Source: Saprospiraceae bacterium
GTDB taxonomy: Bacteria > Bacteroidota > Bacteroidia > Chitinophagales > Saprospiraceae
Assembly: GCA_965247965.1 (NCBI GenBank)
Contig: OZ252053.1
Span: 4,079,804 to 4,111,803 of the forward strand
Length of the DNA: 32,000 bases
Direction of reading: 5' to 3'
In this document: positions 27,276 to 32,000 of the stretch, piece by piece
How the letters are laid out: every line of letters begins with the position of its first letter
Numbering within the stretch: the first letter of the stretch is position 1
Translations under genes and position numbers: made by a program
The notes under the pieces: model-generated
Seen by the model: the letters and a program-made list of their open reading frames with translations, nothing else
What the model was told of the DNA's origin: nothing
Databases searched by the model: none

Positions 27276-28400
27276 ATGAAAGCGTATAACTTATTTCTCA
27301 TATTCATCATTGCCTCCTCTTTCTTATCTGCTCAAATCGATAGACAAGCAGCATTCCACTTTAACGAAGCTATTCTGCATTTTAAGGAAAAGGACTACTC
27401 AGAAGCTATTAATTCCTACGACAAGGCATTGGAAATAAATCCTAAATACCTGAAAGCGTTATACAATCGCGGCAAGGCCAAACTGAAATTGAAGCAATAC
27501 AAATCTGCGCTTGTAGATTTTAAAAGAACTATCGATATAGAAAGTGAACACGACAAAGCACTGCTTTACGGGGGTATTTGCAATCTAAAATTGAAAAACT
27601 ATCCCGCCGCGATTTCTTTTCTGAATCGATCTATATCTATAAATTCTTCAACTTACACATTGACCAATCGGGCGCTTTGCTTTATGCAGGAGAAAAAATA
27701 CGATAAAGCAGCGCGAGATTATAGCGCAATTATTAGAAAAGAACCCAACAATGTAAAGGCACATTACAATAGAGCCCTGTGCAGATTAAAATTAAAGGAT
27801 GATGCGGCGGCCATCGGTGACTTCCACAAAGTCCTCCGTATACAACCGGGACATCAGGACGCGCTCCTGGTGCGTGCCAAATTGTATTCAAAATCGAAAA
27901 AATACCAACAGAGCATTTCTGATTTAAGTTCGTTGATCAACTCCGGTAGTGACAACCAGGAATTGTTTTATCTCCGGGGTTATGCACATCTCAAGACAGG
28001 CCAAATCGAAAAAGCAAATGAAGATTTCATAAAGACAATTGACTTGGATAATAGACATAGTTCGGCTATTAAAAATGCGGCGTATACTAGCTTTAAATTA
28101 GGAGATTATAATGGAGCCGTACGCTATTATTCAATGATCCTGAATATCGAACCACAAGAAGAAAAACACTATCTCAACCGCGGCCTGGCTTCATTGCAAA
28201 TAGAGAAATTTGATATGGCCCACAAGGATTTTTCGAAAGTAATCGATTACGATCCTCAAATGGCTTTGGCCTATTACAATAGAGCAAACGCCTCGATAGG
28301 TCTGGAGGATAAATCTGCGGCATGTGAGGACATGCGCCAGGCGGCAAAATTGGGTTATGAAAAGGCATTTAAGTACATCGGCTATGCTTGTAAGGAATGA
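27276..28400 (+). CDS. secreted tetratricopeptide-repeat (TPR) protein
   Basis: 374 aa with a signal peptide, followed by ~9 successive 34-aa TPR units (recurrent A..Y..AL.I.P....A.YNRG pattern). Confidence 0.85.
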   Translation: MKAYNLFLIFIIASSFLSAQIDRQAAFHFNEAILHFKEKDYSEAINSYDKALEINPKYLKALYNRGKAKLKLKQYKSALVDFKRTIDIESEHDKALLYGGICNLKLKNYPAAISFLNRSISINSSTYTLTNRALCFMQEKKYDKAARDYSAIIRKEPNNVKAHYNRALCRLKLKDDAAAIGDFHKVLRIQPGHQDALLVRAKLYSKSKKYQQSISDLSSLINSGSDNQELFYLRGYAHLKTGQIEKANEDFIKTIDLDNRHSSAIKNAAYTSFKLGDYNGAVRYYSMILNIEPQEEKHYLNRGLASLQIEKFDMAHKDFSKVIDYDPQMALAYYNRANASIGLEDKSAACEDMRQAAKLGYEKAFKYIGYACKE

Positions 28401-28613
28401 CCACGGCCTGGGGTTTCCTGAAATGTATTGACCTTATTGCCGTGGAGGACCGATTTTTATGAGTATTAATCAAGATAGTTAATTTTAGAAAAGGCTTTTT
28501 GTCGAATTGGTTAAACCAAATCCTAATCTGGGAGAGATCAGAAAATTAATGCGATTTTTGTATTGATTATCAATGACTTACAACGCGTGATATAAAATAA
28601 TTGCCTAATTTCC

Positions 28614-28644
28614 TTGATTGCACTATTTATTAAATATACCTTTG
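28614..28644 (+). promoter_or_regulatory. candidate Bacteroidota promoter of the rplM-rpsI-rpsB-tsf operon
   Basis: TTG at 28614-28616, a 20-nt spacer, then TACCTTTG (TAnnTTTG) at 28637-28644. The motif ends 33 nt before the rplM GTG start. Confidence 0.4.
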
Positions 28645-28677
28645 CCGCCGCTTAAAAACAGAGTAAAATACAAAGCG

Positions 28678-29121
28678 GTGGAAACACTAAGTTATAAGAC
28701 TAAATCACTCAGAAAAGAAGATGCGCAACACGACTGGTACATCGTCGATGCAACGAATCAACCGGTAGGGCGCTTGTGCTCTAAAATAGCCGCTGTATTA
28801 AGAGGTAAACACAAGCCTTCTTATACACCTCATGTTGATAATGGAGACAATGTCATTGTGATCAATGCAGAGAAAGTAAGATTCTCCGGCAATAAATGGA
28901 GTGATAAAGAATACTTAAGATATTCTGGTTATCCCGGAGGATTAAAATCCAGAACGGCTGCGGAGCAGTTGGAGAAAAAACCTTTCTTCATAATCGAAAA
29001 TGCCGTAAGGGGTATGCTTCCGAAAAATAGATTGGGTCGGGCAATGTTCAAAAAATTATTTGTCTATGCAGGTGAGGAACATTCACATGCCGCACAGCAA
29101 CCAAAAGAGTTCAAATTCTAG
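28678..29121 (+). CDS. rplM: 50S ribosomal protein L13
   Basis: The GTG at 28678 gives (M)ETLSYKTKSLRKEDAQHDWYIVDA..., the usual Bacteroidota L13 N-terminus at 147 aa. The track's start at 28618 adds 20 non-homologous residues. Confidence 0.93.
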   Translation: METLSYKTKSLRKEDAQHDWYIVDATNQPVGRLCSKIAAVLRGKHKPSYTPHVDNGDNVIVINAEKVRFSGNKWSDKEYLRYSGYPGGLKSRTAAEQLEKKPFFIIENAVRGMLPKNRLGRAMFKKLFVYAGEEHSHAAQQPKEFKF

Positions 29122-29122
29122 T

Positions 29123-29509
29123 ATGGATACGATCAACACAACAGGAAGAAGGAAAGCTGCCATAGCCAGAGTATATTTCAGTAAGGGCAAGGGAAACATT
29201 GTAGTCAATGGAAGAGATTACAAAGAATATTTTCCTCAGCCCAACCTGCAATACAAAATATCCCACCCTTTGGAAATAGTCGGAATGCTCAAAGAATACG
29301 ATCTTAAGATTAATGTAAAAGGAGGTGGGTTCAAAGGTCAGGCAGAGGCCATACGATTAGGTATTTCGAGAGCTTTGTTGAAGCTAAATGAAGATTTTCG
29401 CGCGCCGCTGAAAGAATTAAAATACCTGACAAGAGATGCCCGGGTAGTGGAAAGAAAGAAGTACGGCAAACCGAAGGCGAGAAAAAGCTTCCAATTCTCC
29501 AAAAGATAA
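29123..29509 (+). CDS. rpsI: 30S ribosomal protein S9
   Basis: MDTINTTGRRKAAIARVYF...KPKARKSFQFSKR, 128 aa. The ATG lies 1 nt after the rplM stop. The track's upstream extension overlaps rplM and is not S9-like. Confidence 0.95.
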   Translation: MDTINTTGRRKAAIARVYFSKGKGNIVVNGRDYKEYFPQPNLQYKISHPLEIVGMLKEYDLKINVKGGGFKGQAEAIRLGISRALLKLNEDFRAPLKELKYLTRDARVVERKKYGKPKARKSFQFSKR

Positions 29510-29518
29510 TCAGGAATT

Positions 29519-30247
29519 ATGGCAAGTATTGGATATAAAGATCTGTTGGATGCCGGAGTGCACTTCGGCCACATGAAGAAAAAATGGAACCCAAAGATGC
29601 AGCCCTATATCTTTATGGAGCGAAAAGGGATTCACATTATAGACCTCAACCGCACCCTTCAGTGCATGGAAACAAGCGCCAATGCATTTCGCTCTATCGC
29701 CAAGTCGGGCAGAAAAATACTTTTTGTAGCTACCAAAAAGCAAGCGCGTGACATCGTAAAGGAAGCTGCGGAAAGTGTGAATATGCCTTATGTAACAGAA
29801 AGGTGGCTCGGAGGTATGATGACTAATTTTTCGACCATCCGCAGATCGGTGAAAAAAATGCAGAATATAGACCGAATGCTCGACGACGGTTCGCTATCGA
29901 GCATTACCAAAAAAGAGCGTCTTACACTTTCCAGAGAAAAGCTCAAGCTCGAAAAGGTGCTCAATGGAATTGCCGACCTAACTAGAATTCCGGCGGCTGT
30001 CTATATCGTCGACATAACGCACGAGCACATAGCGTTGGCTGAAGCGAATAAATTGGGACTGCGTACATTTGCCTTAGTCGATACTAATTCGAACCCCAAT
30101 TTAGTAGACTTTCCGATTCCTGCCAATGATGATGCTTCAAAATCAATTCGTGTTATCACTAATTACATGACAGAGGCTATCAAAGAAGGACTTGCTGATA
30201 GAAGCAAAACACAAGAAGAGCTTACCGAAACTACCGCTGAGTCATAG
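29519..30247 (+). CDS. rpsB: 30S ribosomal protein S2
   Basis: 242 aa. LLDAGVHFGH...WNPKM..YIF is the S2 signature. Confidence 0.97.
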   Translation: MASIGYKDLLDAGVHFGHMKKKWNPKMQPYIFMERKGIHIIDLNRTLQCMETSANAFRSIAKSGRKILFVATKKQARDIVKEAAESVNMPYVTERWLGGMMTNFSTIRRSVKKMQNIDRMLDDGSLSSITKKERLTLSREKLKLEKVLNGIADLTRIPAAVYIVDITHEHIALAEANKLGLRTFALVDTNSNPNLVDFPIPANDDASKSIRVITNYMTEAIKEGLADRSKTQEELTETTAES

Positions 30248-30292
30248 GCTCAAAGGATTTCATATTATCTAAAACTGAAATAATACTAGTAA

Positions 30293-31135
30293 ATGACAAT
30301 AACTGCTAAAGATGTCAAAAAACTGCGCGATATGACCGGAGCAGGAATGATGGATTGTAAAAAGGCCTTAATCGAAGCGGAAGGAGACTTTGAGAAAGCC
30401 ATAGAAGAACTAAGAAAAAAGGGTCAAAAATTATCTGCAAAAAGAGCTGATCGGGAAACCACAGAAGGTGTTGTAATGGCTATTACCTCACAAAACAGGA
30501 ACAATGGAGTAGTGCTCAAACTGAGTTGTGAAACGGATTTTGTTGCGAAAGGAGAAGGCTTCATTGAAATAGCCAAAAGAATGGCTGAAATAGCGCTTAA
30601 AAATCTGCCGGAAAGTTTAGAAGATTTGTTGAACATTCCGTATCAAAATGGGATGAACATCGGCGAAAAGGTTACCGAACAGACAGGCGTGATAGGAGAA
30701 AAGATAGCGATCAGTGAATACGGCAAGATCGTCACAAAAGCGGGAGAAGGCCAGGTAATCCCCTATATTCATATGGGTTATAAGGCTGGAGTAATTGTTG
30801 CGCTGAACAAGGAATGCCCTCAATTTATCGATCCCGGTAAAGACGTAGCCATGCAGGTGGCAGCCATGAAACCGATAGCCTTGACTAAAGAAAGCGTAGA
30901 GCAAAAAGTAATTGATAAGGAAATAGAAATCGGGAAGGAGCTAGCCAGAAATGAGGGAAAACCGGAAGTGATGCTCGAAAAGATCGCCATAGGCAGATTA
31001 AATAAATTCTTTAAGGAAAGCACCCTGCTTGCGCAAACTTTTGTAAAAAATTCAAAGCAAAATGTAGATCAATACTTGAAGGGAATCGATCCGAATCTTA
31101 CGGTAACCGATTTTAAACATATTGATTTAGGATAA
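30293..31135 (+). CDS. tsf: translation elongation factor Ts
   Basis: 280 aa. The N-terminal UBA-like TAKDVKKLRDMTGAGMMDCKKALIEAEGDFEKAIE is diagnostic. Confidence 0.97.
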   Translation: MTITAKDVKKLRDMTGAGMMDCKKALIEAEGDFEKAIEELRKKGQKLSAKRADRETTEGVVMAITSQNRNNGVVLKLSCETDFVAKGEGFIEIAKRMAEIALKNLPESLEDLLNIPYQNGMNIGEKVTEQTGVIGEKIAISEYGKIVTKAGEGQVIPYIHMGYKAGVIVALNKECPQFIDPGKDVAMQVAAMKPIALTKESVEQKVIDKEIEIGKELARNEGKPEVMLEKIAIGRLNKFFKESTLLAQTFVKNSKQNVDQYLKGIDPNLTVTDFKHIDLG

Positions 31136-31144
31136 AAGGTAAAG

Positions 31145-31174
31145 AGCGGTTCAATTTTGAATCGCTTTTTTTTT
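31145..31174 (+). terminator. rho-independent terminator of tsf
   Basis: AGCGGTTC / GAATCGCT forms an 8-bp stem with one G-U pair and a 6-nt loop, followed by a run of nine T (31166-31174). Confidence 0.8.
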
Positions 31175-31426
31175 AGAAGTTGTTTAAACCAATAGTCCGT
31201 GAAGGAAATATTTCATAACTCGTTGATACTCAATCTTAGAATTATGGATAAATTATTAAAACTAAAGTATCGTCTGAACCGAAACTTGCATTTTAATAGG
31301 GTTGCCAAATAAGCAGGCCATAAATACTTGATAATCAGCGTTATAGAAAATCTTGAATTTAAGATACTGCTGTTAACACTTCGAATTTGGCCGAAATCCT
31401 TCACGAACTATTGTTAAACAACTTCT
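31175..31426. repeat. ~250-bp AT-rich cassette bounded by ~30-bp imperfect inverted repeats; MITE-like element, invertible segment or long-stem RNA, unresolved
   Basis: The left arm is agaagttgtttaaaccaatagtccgtgaagga (31175-31206). The reverse complement of 31397-31426 is agaagttgtttaacaatagttcgtgaagga. They match at 29 positions, with one 2-nt indel and one mismatch. Confidence 0.5.
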
Positions 31427-31440
31427 TTATATTAGGTGCC

Positions 31441-32000
31441 ATGTCGTTAAAATACAAACGAGTACTACTCAAACTGAGCGGAGAATCATTGATGGGCGAG
31501 CAATCCTTTGGCATATCTGCTGATCGACTTGAACATTATGCTACAGAAATAAAAAGAGCTAAAGAACTCGAAGGCGTAGAAATAGCCATTGTTATTGGAG
31601 GAGGTAATATCTATCGCGGACTGCAAGCCGAAGATTCAGGGATAGAAAGAGTAACCGGAGATTATATGGGTATGCTGGCTACATGTATTAATGGTATGGC
31701 TTTGCAAAGCGCCTTGGAAAACGTTGGAATCTATACGCGACTAGTAACTGCGATAGATATGCGGGAAATTGCCGAACCATATATACGACGACGAGCTATC
31801 CGGCATTTGGAAAAAGGAAGAGTTGTAATTTTTGCTGCAGGTACTGGCAATCCCTACTTCACCACCGATTCCGCAGCAGCTCTGAGAGCCAATGAAATCG
31901 AAGCCAATGTCATCTTAAAAGGTACTCGCGTGAACGGAATATACACGGCCGATCCCGAAAAAGATGACACTGCAACCAAGTACGACAACCTAAGCTTTGC
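31441..32000 (+). CDS. pyrH: UMP kinase, 3'-partial (runs off the window)
   Basis: [20 protein letters not shown]...[11 protein letters not shown]...[20 protein letters not shown] are canonical PyrH motifs. It is missing from the ORF track because no stop falls within the window. Confidence 0.95.
   Translation, partial: MSLKYKRVLLKLSGESLMGEQSFGISADRLEHYATEIKRAKELEGVEIAIVIGGGNIYRGLQAEDSGIERVTGDYMGMLATCINGMALQSALENVGIYTRLVTAIDMREIAEPYIRRRAIRHLEKGRVVIFAAGTGNPYFTTDSAAALRANEIEANVILKGTRVNGIYTADPEKDDTATKYDNLSF

Noticed and set aside
28562-28574. Perfect 13-nt palindrome ATTGATTATCAAT upstream of the rplM promoter candidate
   Set aside because: A short AT-rich palindrome is easily expected by chance in an AT-rich spacer. 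There is no second copy and no known operator match.
28618-28677. Upstream extensions of rplM (from 28618) and rpsI (from 29060) in the ORF track
   Set aside because: The extra residues do not resemble L13 or S9 N-termini. The rpsI extension would overlap rplM by 62 nt. The GTG at 28678 and the ATG at 29123 give canonical N-termini.
31213-31404. 63-aa minus-strand ORF inside the IR-bounded cassette
   Set aside because: The AT-rich sequence gives an Ile/Leu/Asn/Lys/Ser-rich peptide. It shows no transposase or recombinase motifs and is too short for an autonomous element gene.
1-32000. Window-wide search for CRISPR arrays, tandem repeats, rRNA, IS elements, integrases and phage or defence gene clusters
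   Set aside because: I found no periodic direct repeats, no transposase-, integrase- or recombinase-like translations in the ORF track, and no nuclease, helicase or methylase clusters. The only TA-like locus is the degraded higBA remnant.

Overview
This is a chromosomal segment from a Bacteroidota genome. The phylum call rests on the gldD/gldE gliding-motility genes, the rplM-rpsI-rpsB-tsf-pyrH order, mevalonate-pathway genes, TAnnTTTG-type promoter motifs and frequent non-ATG starts. I cannot go finer than phylum from sequence alone. Most of the window is core housekeeping: rpoN, tRNA-Gln, xylA plus an SSF sugar symporter, thrA, a mutY-ssb-gldE-gldD block behind an ECF-type sigma factor, an LptF/G permease, a three-gene mevalonate cluster (type-2 IPP isomerase, class II HMG-CoA reductase, GHMP kinase), a TPR protein and a ribosomal-protein/translation operon. 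I see no CRISPR array, transposase, integrase, phage genes or recognisable defence system, and I found no convincing complete novel multi-gene system. The items worth a second look are: (1) a ~250-bp AT-rich cassette bounded by ~30-bp inverted repeats, wedged between the tsf terminator and the pyrH start; (2) three separate decayed genes, namely an internally deleted metallophosphoesterase next to tRNA-Gln, a 5'-truncated GH65 frameshifted at an A10 run, and a doubly deleted higBA toxin-antitoxin remnant after thrA; (3) a very AT-rich pair at the left edge, the C-terminus of a Cys/Asp-motif protein overlapping an unknown lipoprotein; (4) a GHMP kinase of unassigned step in the mevalonate cluster; and (5) a 1055-aa lipoprotein combining an apparently catalytically dead SGNH-like domain, a beta-propeller dehydrogenase-like region, HEAT repeats and a CxxCH cytochrome c domain. 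All homology calls come from reading the translations by eye; no database searches were run.
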